A stretch of 64,000 bases of DNA from an uncultured Thermoleophilaceae bacterium (GCA_963846505.1 CAWJWD010000006.1:408606-472605), one strand, 5' to 3'; positions 27,225 through 36,557 are shown, counted from the stretch's first letter. Translations and numbers: made by a program. Notes: generated by a model not told the origin, from the sequence alone.

Positions 27225-29369
27225 GTGAGGTCCGCCTCGGTCGTGATCCCGGTGCTGAACGCCGGGCCGCTGCTCGACGAGGTGCTCGCCGGCGTGCGCG
27301 AGCAGGGCGAGCTCGAGCTGCTGGTGATCGACTCCGGCTCGGGCGACGGCTCGGTCGAGCGCGCACGGGCCGCGGGTGCGCGCGTGATCGAGATCCCCCA
27401 GCGGGAGTTCGGCCACGGCCGCACGCGCAACCTCGGCGCCGAGCGGACCTCCGGCGAGCTGATCTGCTTCCTGACCCAGGACGCGGTGCCGCTGCCCGGC
27501 TGGCTCGACGCCTACCGCGAGGCGTTCGAGCTCGACGGGCGCGTGGGGGCTGCCTTCGGTCCGCATCTCCCCCGGCCGGAGACGAGTCCGATGATCGCGC
27601 GCGAGCTGACCGAGTTCTTCGCCGGCTTCGCCCCCAACGGGACGCCGAGCCTGCAGCGTGCCGGCGAGCTGACGTTCCTCTCGAACGTGAACGCCTGCTA
27701 CGCCCGCGCCTGTTGGGAGCAGCTGCGCTTTCCCGACGTCGAGTACGCCGAGGACCAGGCGTTCGGGGTCCTGATGCTGGAGTCCGGCTGGGTCAAGGCC
27801 TACCAGCCCCGTGCCGCCGTGCGCCACGCGCACGACTACGGCCCGGTCGAGTTCATGCGCCGCTACTTCGACGAGTACCGCGGCCTGCGCGAGGTCAGCG
27901 GGCACGTCGAGCCGCTGGAGCTGAGCGCGGCGGCGCGCGAGGTGCGCGGGGACGCGCGCTGGCTGCGCGAGCAGGGAGTGGCGGGGCCGCGGCGCGCGCG
28001 CTGGCTGGCACGCTCGGCCGTCCACCACGGCGGGCGGCGGGTGGCGTCTGCGCTGGGCTCCCGAGCGGAGCGGCTGCCGGGCGCGGTGCAGCAGGCGCTG
28101 TCGCTGGAGGGCCGGTCCGGCCAGGGGCGCGACGACGAGCTGGCGGCGGAAGCGGCCGCTCCCGACCAGGACGCCCCGCCCAGCGGCGCGGCGACCGAGA
28201 CGGCCGTGCTGCCGAGCGGGCGCCACGTCCCGGCTCGTCCGGGCCCCGGACCCCACGAGGAGATCCTGCGCGTGCACCGCGAGGGGCCGGCACCGCTCGA
28301 CGACCCGGTCCCGGGCACCGCCGAGCGCGGCACGCTCCATCTCGCGATCGTGATTCCGCCGTTCGCGCGCGGCAGCGGCGGCCACAACACGATTTTCACC
28401 CTGGTCGCCCGCCTGGAGCGGATGGGCCACACCTGTTCGATCTGGATGTACGACCCTCACCACCGCCACCACGAGTCCGCCTCGGTGCTGCGCCGGCGGG
28501 TGATCGACGAGTTCACGCCGCTGCGCGCACCGGTGCACAAGGGCTTCGGCGGCTGGGCCGGGGCCGACGTCGCGATCGCGACGGGCTGGGACACCGCCTA
28601 CCAGGTCGCGTTGCTGCCCGCCTGCCGCGCACGGGCCTACCTGATCAACGACCACGAGCCGGAGTTCTTCGCCACCTCCGCCGAGTCGCTCTGGGCCGAG
28701 AACACCTATCGCCTCGGCCTCTACGGCATCTCCGCCAGCCGCTGGCTGCGCGACCTGCTGCAGCAGCGCTACGGCCAGCGGGGCAGCTGGTTCCGACTCG
28801 GCGCGGAACCCGGCATCTACCGCCCGCGGCCGGTCGAGCGCCGGCGCGACACGGTCATCTTCTACGCCCGCGGCTTCACCCCCCGGCGCGCCGTGCCGCT
28901 GGGCGCGCTCGCGCTCGAGGAGCTGCACCGGCGCCGGCCCGGCGCCCGCTTCGTGCTCTTCGGACAGGCGGAGGAGCTCGACCTGCCGTTCGACTACGAG
29001 CTGCTCGGCGTCGTGAGTCCCGAGACGCTCGCCTGGCACTACTCGCAGGCCACCGCGGGCCTCTGCCTGTCGCTGACCAACTACTCGCTGATCCCGCAGG
29101 AGATGCTCGCCTGTGGCCTGCCCTGCGTCGATCTCTCGGGCAGCAGCACCGAGAGCGAGATCGGTCCCCTCGGCGGCGTGGAGTTCGCTCCCGCCGACCC
29201 GGTCGCGCTCGCCGACGCGCTCGAGCGGCTGCTCGCCGACGAGGGACGCTGGCAGCAGCAGTCGCAGGCCGGGCTGGCGTTCGTCGAGACGGCGTCGTGG
29301 GACGTGGCGGCCAGCCAGGTCGAGGCGGCGCTGCGCGAAGCCCTGCGCGAGCGCGAAGCCGGCAGCTAG
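27225..29369 (+). CDS. two-domain glycosyltransferase: N-terminal GT2 plus C-terminal WsaF-like GT-B (rhamnosyltransferase-like)
   Basis: N-terminal VVIPVLNAGPLLDEVLAGV ... LVIDSGSGDGS ... FLTQDAVP. A roughly 100-aa low-complexity linker follows. C-terminal LHLAIVIPPFARGSGGHNTIFTLVARLERMGH... resembles WsaF-family enzymes. Confidence 0.85.
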   Translation: MRSASVVIPVLNAGPLLDEVLAGVREQGELELLVIDSGSGDGSVERARAAGARVIEIPQREFGHGRTRNLGAERTSGELICFLTQDAVPLPGWLDAYREAFELDGRVGAAFGPHLPRPETSPMIARELTEFFAGFAPNGTPSLQRAGELTFLSNVNACYARACWEQLRFPDVEYAEDQAFGVLMLESGWVKAYQPRAAVRHAHDYGPVEFMRRYFDEYRGLREVSGHVEPLELSAAAREVRGDARWLREQGVAGPRRARWLARSAVHHGGRRVASALGSRAERLPGAVQQALSLEGRSGQGRDDELAAEAAAPDQDAPPSGAATETAVLPSGRHVPARPGPGPHEEILRVHREGPAPLDDPVPGTAERGTLHLAIVIPPFARGSGGHNTIFTLVARLERMGHTCSIWMYDPHHRHHESASVLRRRVIDEFTPLRAPVHKGFGGWAGADVAIATGWDTAYQVALLPACRARAYLINDHEPEFFATSAESLWAENTYRLGLYGISASRWLRDLLQQRYGQRGSWFRLGAEPGIYRPRPVERRRDTVIFYARGFTPRRAVPLGALALEELHRRRPGARFVLFGQAEELDLPFDYELLGVVSPETLAWHYSQATAGLCLSLTNYSLIPQEMLACGLPCVDLSGSSTESEIGPLGGVEFAPADPVALADALERLLADEGRWQQQSQAGLAFVETASWDVAASQVEAALREALREREAGS

Positions 29370-29376
29370 CCGCCGG

Positions 29377-31785
29377 CTATCCGCGCGGGTCGACGGCCTC
29401 GACCCAGACCAGTCGCGGGCCGCAGAGCTCGCGCCAGCGCCGCGACGGCGCCTGCACGAGCGCCGGAGCGCGTTCGGCCGGCACCAGCGCGAGCGGGCCC
29501 AGCCGGCGCGGACCGTCGCCGTTGCCGGGCCTGAGGCTGCCGCCGCCGCGCAGCAACTCGACCCTGTGCCTGCCCGCCGCGAGACGCACGCGGCCGAGGT
29601 CGTTCCAGCCGCTTGGCTGAGCCAGCTCCTCGCCGATCTCGGCAACTGCGCGGCCGTCGATCACGACCCTCACGGGACGACCGATCGAGCCGGCGAGCCA
29701 GAGCTCGTAGTCGCCTGCGCGCGTGAGCGGAACCGAGCCCTGGACGGCACCGGGACCGACGGTCTGCACGAGCGGCGGATCGCCCCCGAGCGCCGCCCAG
29801 CCCGGTGGCAGCGGGCGCGAGGCGGTGTCGAGCCGCCCACCAGGCGGGGCGTAGGCGGCGACCAGCTGCTCCCCGGGACCAGCCTGGCGTGCGAGCCGGC
29901 GCACGGCGCGGCAGCTGGGTGCGGCCTCGGCCGTCTGCGCGGTCACCGCCGGCGCGTCGGTGCGCCGCCAGATCTCGTACCAGTGCCCGCTCCACTCGCG
30001 ACGCCAGTTGGCCGGCGGGCGGTCGCCGTCGGGGTTGCGACGTGTGACGGCCAGGTCGAAGCGCTCGACGTCGGGCAACGCCAGCGACGCCATCTTCGTG
30101 TTGGTCGCGAACGCTGGCCGACCGCCGGTCGCCAACTGCGGCGAGAGGCCCTCGACGGTGAAGCCCTCGGCAGCGCCCACCGGCTGCGAGTCGCGCAGGA
30201 AGTGCTTGCCGAACTCCTCGAACTCCGTGTACAGCAGCGGGCCGCGACCCGCGGTGCGCTTGCCGACGTCGGCAAGCTCCTCGAGCCGGTCCTGCGGCGC
30301 CAGGCTGACGTCGTGGTAGGCCATGGCGTTCGACACCAGCACGCCGGCCGCAAGCACCAGCGCCACCAGTCCGGCCTCCACGCGCGCGCCCATCGACTCC
30401 AGGGCCACCGGCCCGAGTGCCGCCGCCAACAGCACGGCCGGCGATGCGATCGCCAGCGCCTTGCCGTCGGCCCAGGGCGAGCCTGTGCGTGTGACGTACC
30501 AGAGCGCGAGCAGCGAGCTGACGACGAACAGCAGCGGGCCGAGCGCACGCCGTCGCACGAGCCAGGCGACGCCGAAGATCGCCGCCACCAGCGCCAGCCC
30601 GACGAGTGCATAGGTCAACTCGAGCGAGTCGAGGCCGGTGCCGGATCGCGGCGTGAGGCGGAAGTCCCCGTTGAGCCAGACGCCCGCCACCTCCTGCACC
30701 GGCAACGGGGTGAGCAGGTTGCCGAACTCCTCCTGCGCGGTGACGACTGCCCTAGTCACGTCGAGGTAGCTGCCGAGATCGACCAGCGTCGGAATCGACA
30801 GCAGCGCCAAGGCGGCGGCGAAGCCGAGCGCCAGGCCGGCGATCCGAACCGGCTCGCGTGGCCTGCGCGAGACGACGACCGCGAGCGCGACCAGCAGGAT
30901 CGGCCCCAGCCACGGCGCGACGGCCACGCCGATCGCGGCGATCCCGGCGGCGCTCGCGATCGCCAGCGGCAGCAGTTGGCGCGGGCCGTAGCGGAACGTC
31001 CCCCCCGCGGCGCCCGGCAGGGCCGCGAGCGCGGCGACCAGCGCGGCCAGCAGCGGCACCAGCCAGAGCGTGGCCAGCTCCTTGACGCTGCCCTGCAGCG
31101 CGTAGGCGTAGACGAGCGCCGGCTGGGCGGCGATCGTCGCGACGGCCGCGCGCCGCCAGGCCGATCGCACCAGGTCGCGCACGAGCGCGACGAGCGTGAG
31201 CGTCAGCATCGCGGCGAGCAGGGCCAGGAACGGCTGGAACGCCCAGGCGACGTCGACGAACGCCAGCGGACGCACCGCGCCGAGCGCGGCGTGCGCGCCG
31301 AGCGGGTAGCCCGTCGAGAGGTAGGTCTCGACTGCCTCCTGGTAGGACGACGGCGGCAGCCCCTCGACGTTCGTCCCGTGCGTCGCGATGCGGTCGACCA
31401 GGGCGAAGTGGACGCTGTGGTCGCCGAGGATCGTGTAGCCGGCGAAGGTGGCGCTGCCGCTGAGCACCACGGGAGCCGCGAACGCTGCGAAGACGACCAG
31501 TGCCGCCCCGACCGCCCACGGGTCGACGTCGGCCGGTCGCAGCCGCTCGCGGCCGAGGACGAACCCCGCGACCGCGAGCACGACCACGAGCGGGGTCGCC
31601 AACTCGGCCGTGAAGTCCCACGTCATCAGGGCGCGTGCCGCGACGACGATCGTCGCGAGCCCGACCGGCACCAGCAGCGCTCCCGCCAGGCGCGTCCCGC
31701 TCAGGCGCTCGACCAACAGGCCGCAACCGAGCGACAGTGCCGCGAGCAGCACCGGAAACAGCAGCCAGGCCTTCAGGAAGAGCAC
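29377..31785 (-). CDS. large polytopic membrane protein, GT-C-like candidate glycosyltransferase with a roughly 330-aa C-terminal extracytoplasmic domain
   Basis: 802 aa, GTG start. About 13 TM helices fill the first 470 aa, with an early loop GYTILGDHSVHFALVDR. The soluble C-terminus is beta-rich in composition. No named family could be assigned by eye. Confidence 0.8.
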   Translation of the reverse strand: MLFLKAWLLFPVLLAALSLGCGLLVERLSGTRLAGALLVPVGLATIVVAARALMTWDFTAELATPLVVVLAVAGFVLGRERLRPADVDPWAVGAALVVFAAFAAPVVLSGSATFAGYTILGDHSVHFALVDRIATHGTNVEGLPPSSYQEAVETYLSTGYPLGAHAALGAVRPLAFVDVAWAFQPFLALLAAMLTLTLVALVRDLVRSAWRRAAVATIAAQPALVYAYALQGSVKELATLWLVPLLAALVAALAALPGAAGGTFRYGPRQLLPLAIASAAGIAAIGVAVAPWLGPILLVALAVVVSRRPREPVRIAGLALGFAAALALLSIPTLVDLGSYLDVTRAVVTAQEEFGNLLTPLPVQEVAGVWLNGDFRLTPRSGTGLDSLELTYALVGLALVAAIFGVAWLVRRRALGPLLFVVSSLLALWYVTRTGSPWADGKALAIASPAVLLAAALGPVALESMGARVEAGLVALVLAAGVLVSNAMAYHDVSLAPQDRLEELADVGKRTAGRGPLLYTEFEEFGKHFLRDSQPVGAAEGFTVEGLSPQLATGGRPAFATNTKMASLALPDVERFDLAVTRRNPDGDRPPANWRREWSGHWYEIWRRTDAPAVTAQTAEAAPSCRAVRRLARQAGPGEQLVAAYAPPGGRLDTASRPLPPGWAALGGDPPLVQTVGPGAVQGSVPLTRAGDYELWLAGSIGRPVRVVIDGRAVAEIGEELAQPSGWNDLGRVRLAAGRHRVELLRGGGSLRPGNGDGPRRLGPLALVPAERAPALVQAPSRRWRELCGPRLVWVEAVDPRG

Positions 31786-31797
31786 GTGGCGTCGCCG

Positions 31798-32979
31798 CTA
31801 CCGACGGCGACGGAGGCCCAGGATGCTGAGCAGGAAGGATGAGAAGAAGATCTGGATGCCGACGATGATCAGCGTCGCGGCGAGGATGGCCAGTCGTTCC
31901 TCGGAGAGCTCGCCGAAGCCGCGATCGATCCAGATGCCGGCGATGGCCGCCGCGACGGCGAGGCCTGAGAACAGCACCGCCCCACCGAACACGAGCCCGT
32001 GCTCGAGCCGGAAGCGGGCGCGCATGCGGTCGAACCACGGGTCCTGCTCGCCCATGAAGTAGGTCGCATACGTGTGCGCGCAGAGCCCGAGCCCGAGCAC
32101 CTGCGTGCCGACGATCATCAGCAACGCGCCGGCGACCATCGAGTGCAGGTCCCACGCTCGCCCGAAGACGTCGAGCTGCAGCAGCACGGTGAGCGAGACG
32201 AGCACGCCCAGGAACGCCATCACGGCGCCGGGGACGATGAACAGCCACGTCGGGCTGTGGACCAGCAGGAAGCGCAGGTGGCGCCAGCCGTCGCGGAAGC
32301 TCGACAGCTTCGACTCGCCCTCCCGCGGGTGGTAGTGGATGCCGATCTCCTCGATCGCCAGCCGCTCCTTGCCGGCGCGGATCACCATCTCGGAGGCGAA
32401 CTCCATGCCGGTCGTGCGCAGGTCCAGCCGTGGCAGCGCCTCGCGCCGGACCGCGCGCATGCCGCAGTGGGCGTCGCGCACGCCGGTGCGGAAGAAGAGG
32501 TTGAGCAGGCCCGTCAGGACCGGGTTGCCGATGTAGCGGTGCAGCCACGGCATCGCACCGGGCTGGATGCCCTGCATGCGGTTGCCCATCACCAGCTCCG
32601 CCCCGTCGTCGAGCCGCTCGACGAAGCGCGGGATGTCCGCGAAGTCGTACGTCAGGTCGGCGTCGGCCATGACGATGTACTCGCCCTGGGCGGCGGCGAA
32701 GCCGGCCAGGTAGGCGCTGCCGTAGCCGCGACGGGGTTCGTGCACGACGAGGGCGCCGGCGGCCTTGGCCAGCTCGGGGCTGCCGTCCTCCGAGCCGTTG
32801 TCGGCGACGATCACCTCGCCCTCCCAGTCCTGCTCCTCGAACGCGGCCAGCGCCTTCTGCACGCAGCGCTGGATCGACGCCTGCTCGTTCAGGCAGGGGA
32901 TCACGACCGAGACCTTGATCGGCGCGGAGCCTTGGCGCTCGGTGCGCGCGAAGCGAGATTTGTGCTCGACGGTGCTCAC
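31798..32979 (-). CDS. GT2 polyprenyl-phosphate glycosyltransferase (DPM1/GtrB/ArnC-like) with a C-terminal 4-TM domain
   Basis: GTG 32979 lies behind GGGAGG. Contains VSVVIPCLNEQASI ... VADNGSEDGS ... MADADLTYD ... HCGMRAVRR, then 4 TM helices. The track start 33114 would consume the divergent spacer. Confidence 0.88.
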   Translation of the reverse strand: MSTVEHKSRFARTERQGSAPIKVSVVIPCLNEQASIQRCVQKALAAFEEQDWEGEVIVADNGSEDGSPELAKAAGALVVHEPRRGYGSAYLAGFAAAQGEYIVMADADLTYDFADIPRFVERLDDGAELVMGNRMQGIQPGAMPWLHRYIGNPVLTGLLNLFFRTGVRDAHCGMRAVRREALPRLDLRTTGMEFASEMVIRAGKERLAIEEIGIHYHPREGESKLSSFRDGWRHLRFLLVHSPTWLFIVPGAVMAFLGVLVSLTVLLQLDVFGRAWDLHSMVAGALLMIVGTQVLGLGLCAHTYATYFMGEQDPWFDRMRARFRLEHGLVFGGAVLFSGLAVAAAIAGIWIDRGFGELSEERLAILAATLIIVGIQIFFSSFLLSILGLRRRR

Positions 32980-33095
32980 AAGCAGGAAGCCTCCCGGGAG
33001 GGCCGGATGCCACCGTATGGAACGCGCGACCCGTACCAAAGTCGCGCGCAAGGGCGCGATCCTATCGAACGGTCTGACAGCCTTTCGGCTCCCTG

Positions 33096-34259
33096 ATGCG
33101 CATCTGCCTCGCATATGACTGTCTCTTCCCCCACACGGTGGGGGGCGCCGAGCGCTGGTATCGCAACCTCGCGCTCGCGCTCGTGGACGCCGGTCACGAG
33201 GTCACCTACCTCACCCGACGCCAGTGGGCCGAGGGCGAGACGCCCGATCTGCCCGGCGTGCGCGTGGTCGCGGTGTCGCGCTTCGACGCTCTCTACGACG
33301 ACGAGGGTCGTCGCCTGATCGGCCCGCCGCTGCGCTTCGGCGCGGGGGTGCTGCGCCACCTGCTCGCCAACCGCGACCGCTACGACGCACTGCACCTGTG
33401 CTCGTTTCCCTACTTCTCCCTGCTCGCCGCGCGCCTCGGGCTGGCGGGCAGCGGGACGCCGATCGGGGTCGATTGGTTCGAGGTCTGGTCGCGCGGCTAC
33501 TGGCGCGACTACCTCGGGCCGGTGGGCGGCCGCGTCGGCGAGCTCGTGCAGCGGCTCTGCGCCCGGCTGACGCCGCAGGCCTACGTCTTCTCGCGGCTGC
33601 ACGCGCGCCGGCTGACGCAACTCGGCCTGCGCGGCGAGCCCGTCGCGCTCGCCGGCCTCTACGCCGGTCCGACCGAGCTCCAACGGCAGCAGCGGCGCGA
33701 GCGCCCCCCGCTGGCGGTCTTCGCCGGACGCCACATCCCGGAGAAGCAGCCGCAGCTCGTGCCGGGCGCGGTGGCTGCGGCACGCACACGCGTCCCGGGC
33801 CTGCGTGGCCTCGTCGTCGGCGACGGCCCGCTGCGCCCGACCGTGCTGGAGGCCGTCGCGGCCGCCGGGGCCGGCGACTTCGTCCAGGTACCCGGCTTCG
33901 TCGCCTCCGAGACCGTGCGCGAGGCCCTCGCCGACGCGACCTGCCACGTGCTGCCCTCCAGCCGCGAGGGCTACGGGCTGGTGGTCATCGAGGCCGCCGC
34001 CTACGGCACGCCGACCGTCGTGGTGGCCGGGGACGACAACGCCGCCGTCGAGCTGATCGAGCCGGGCGTCAACGGCTTCGTCGCGAGTGGAGCGGATCAG
34101 CTCGCGGACGCGATCGTGGCGGTCCACGAGGGGGGCGAGCAGCTGCGCGCGAGCACCGCCCGCTGGTTCGCCGAGCGCGCGCCGCAGCTGAGCGTGCAGG
34201 CGTCGATGCGGACCATCCTGAGCCAGTTGGAGGCCACGGCTGAGCGGCGGTCGGCGTAG
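33096..34259 (+). CDS. glycosyltransferase family 4
   Basis: MRICLAYDCLFPHTVGGAERWYRNLALALVDAGHEV ... SREGYGLVVIEAAAYGTPTVV (EX7E region). Confidence 0.9.
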   Translation: MRICLAYDCLFPHTVGGAERWYRNLALALVDAGHEVTYLTRRQWAEGETPDLPGVRVVAVSRFDALYDDEGRRLIGPPLRFGAGVLRHLLANRDRYDALHLCSFPYFSLLAARLGLAGSGTPIGVDWFEVWSRGYWRDYLGPVGGRVGELVQRLCARLTPQAYVFSRLHARRLTQLGLRGEPVALAGLYAGPTELQRQQRRERPPLAVFAGRHIPEKQPQLVPGAVAAARTRVPGLRGLVVGDGPLRPTVLEAVAAAGAGDFVQVPGFVASETVREALADATCHVLPSSREGYGLVVIEAAAYGTPTVVVAGDDNAAVELIEPGVNGFVASGADQLADAIVAVHEGGEQLRASTARWFAERAPQLSVQASMRTILSQLEATAERRSA

Positions 34260-34419
34260 CGCCCGCCCGCGCGGAGGCGCAGGAGTGCCGCTTCCACCCT
34301 CGACAAGGCCAGCTGTCGGGTGCTGGGAGACGATTTCGAAATAATACGCTTTTAATTGAGAATTAGCGAGCGATTAATGATCTGGTTCTGTTTAGGCTGG
34401 TCTGAGCGATATGTGTCCG

Positions 34420-35545
34420 CTAGCTCGCCGTCAGCGCCCGCCGATAGCTCGCGACGGTCAGCTCGGCCGTGCGCTCCCAGCTGAACCGCGCGGCCTGCCG
34501 CGTACCAGCCGCCGTCAGGCGCGCACGCAACGGGCCGTCGTCGAGCAGCCGCTCCATGGCCTGGCGGATCGCCGTCACGTCCTCCGGATCGAAGGACAGC
34601 GCGGCATCGCCGGCCACCTCGGGCAGCGACGACCGATTCGAGCAGGCGACCGGCACCCCCCGGGCCATCGCCTCGAGCACCGGCAGCCCGAAGCCCTCGT
34701 AGAGCGAGGGAAAGACCACGCCGCTGGCCACGGCGTAGAGACCCTCGAGGTCGGGCTCGGAGATCCAGGCCGGCAGGCGCAGGTCCGCGTCGATTCCGAG
34801 CTCCCGAGCGAGCGCGCGCAGCTCGGCCTCGTGGGGAGTCGGATACCCCGGAACCACGAGCATCGGCCGCTGGGGGGGCGGGATCGCCGCCAACGCCCGC
34901 CACAACCGCACGAGGTTCTTGTGCGGCCGCTTGGCCGACGGCGACAACAGGACCGGCCGCTCGCCGAGCTCGAGCGTCGAGCGGAGCGTCGACGCCGGCG
35001 TGGGCGCCGCCGCCGCAGCGCTGCGCGCGGCCAAGGGCACCGACGTCGACCCGCTCGGGCGACACGCCGAGATGAGTCGCGAGGTCGTCGCGCGTCGAGG
35101 CGGCGTCGACCATGATGCGTCGCGAGCGCCGGGCCGCGGCCGGGACGAGCAGGCGCATGCCCAGCGCCCGCACGCGCGAGTGAGCGTCCGGGACGAGCTT
35201 GTAGTTGAGGTCGTGGATCGTGGTCACGCGCACGAAGCGGCCGTACAGCGGCGCCGTCGACGCCAGGCTGTGGACGACGTCCACCCCTGCCCGGGCGGCC
35301 AGGCGCGGCAGCAGCTGCTGCTCGCCGCGCACCCATTCCGAGCGACGCCGGGGATCGACCGGCACGACGATCTGGCGTCCGTGCTCCGCCCACGGTCCGC
35401 CGGCACCAGCCGCCGGCCGGTTCACGAAGCTGGTCACGCGCACGTCCTCGCGTGCGGCCAGCCGCGGGATGAGCTCCCGGGCGACCGTCTCCATGCCACC
35501 GACCTCGCCCGGCACGAGGTAGACCAGGTTGAGACCTACGTGCAC
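34420..35545 (-). pseudogene. glycosyltransferase family 4, frame broken at about 35041
   Basis: The N-terminal frame reads MHVGLNLVYLVPGEVGGMETVAREL ... LGVSPERVDV. The other frame reads VPLAARS ... LVVPGYPTPHEAELRALA ... FPSLYEGFGLPVLEAMARGVPV ... to TAG 34420. The junction is gtc-gac-gtc-g-gtg-ccc, with one extra G. Confidence 0.75.
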
Positions 35546-35600
35546 CGCGAGCAGGCTACCCGGCGACCGATCAGGTGGACCAGCCCGATGGACGAGACCA

Positions 35601-36557
35601 TCAACCCGTCTTCGGGGCGCTCACGCCGCGGCGCAGGCGCATGCTCTCGGCGAAGGAGATGCGCTCGTCGAGGGCCTCGGCGCCGGGACCCGGCCGCGGA
35701 GACCGCCCGCCGGCGGCTCGCCAGCCGTCGACGCGGCCGCGCAGCGCCGCCAGGTCGCGCGAGATGACGGCATCCGCGGTCGCCACGAGCGCCTCGGTGG
35801 CGAGTGCGCGCGGCGCCGCGCGCGAGCGCAGGACGCCGTAGCGGCGCAGGATGTAGCCACGACCGAAGCCTGCGCCGTGGCGGCGGAAGGCGGTTTGATG
35901 TGCGCGCGTCGCCGAGCGCAGGTGGACGGCGACCGCATCCTCGGCGAGCGTCACCCGCCAACCGGCGGCCTGGATGCGCAGCCCGAGCTCGAAGTCGTCG
36001 TGATGCGGCAGCTCTTCGTCGATGCCGCCGAGCTGCTCCCAGACGTCGCGCCGATAGGCGGCGGTCGCGCCGTCGGCGGCCGCGAGCACCGGCAGCTCCT
36101 CTGTCAGCAGCGACACGTCTCGACCCTGGCCGTGGGCGAACGGCGCAAGCGTTGCGTCGGCGACGATGCCGAGACTGTCGATCACCTGCTCGCCCGGGCT
36201 GAGCAGCACGGCCGCGACCGAGCCGACGTGCGCGGCAGCCTCGAGCGGCGCGACCAGCCGCTCCAGGAAGTCCGGGCGAGCGTCGACGTCGTTGTTCATG
36301 ATCACCACGAAGTCGCCGTCGCCCGCGGCCACGACGCGATTGCAGGCGACCGCGAACTGCGCGTTCTGCTCGAGCCGCTCGACCCGCACGTCGGGGAACT
36401 CGGCCCGCACGCGCTCGGCGGTGCCCTCGTCGCAGCCGTTGTCGAGGACGTAGACGCGATGCGCGCGCGTCTGGGCGGCGAGATGGCGCAGGCAGCTGCT
36501 GGTGAGCTCCCAGTGCCGATAGGCGACGATCGCGACGTCGACGCTCGGCGCTGCCAT
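35601..36557 (-). CDS. glycosyltransferase family 2 (paralogue 1 of 3)
   Basis: VDVAIVAYRHWELTSSCLRHLAAQT ... VLDNGCDEGT ... IMNNDVD. It carries the shared C-terminal GRGYILRRYGVLRSRAA...RDLAALRGRVDGWRA module. Its ATG shares 1 nt with the upstream stop. Confidence 0.9.
   Translation of the reverse strand: MAAPSVDVAIVAYRHWELTSSCLRHLAAQTRAHRVYVLDNGCDEGTAERVRAEFPDVRVERLEQNAQFAVACNRVVAAGDGDFVVIMNNDVDARPDFLERLVAPLEAAAHVGSVAAVLLSPGEQVIDSLGIVADATLAPFAHGQGRDVSLLTEELPVLAAADGATAAYRRDVWEQLGGIDEELPHHDDFELGLRIQAAGWRVTLAEDAVAVHLRSATRAHQTAFRRHGAGFGRGYILRRYGVLRSRAAPRALATEALVATADAVISRDLAALRGRVDGWRAAGGRSPRPGPGAEALDERISFAESMRLRRGVSAPKTG

Noticed and set aside
29367-29379. A 13-nt palindrome TAGCCG-C-CGGCTA in which both arms are the stop codons of two convergent genes
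   Set aside because: It would give a 6-bp stem with a 1-nt loop, which cannot form a stable terminator hairpin. It is probably a coincidence of two TAG stops 7 nt apart.
26952-33013. Very long shadow ORFs (26952-29645 minus, 29113-31842 plus, 30752-33013 minus)
   Set aside because: They overlap strongly supported genes (methyltransferase, GT2-WsaF fusion, GT-C-like, polyprenyl-phosphate GT2) in other frames or strands. They translate to Arg/Gly/Pro-rich junk.
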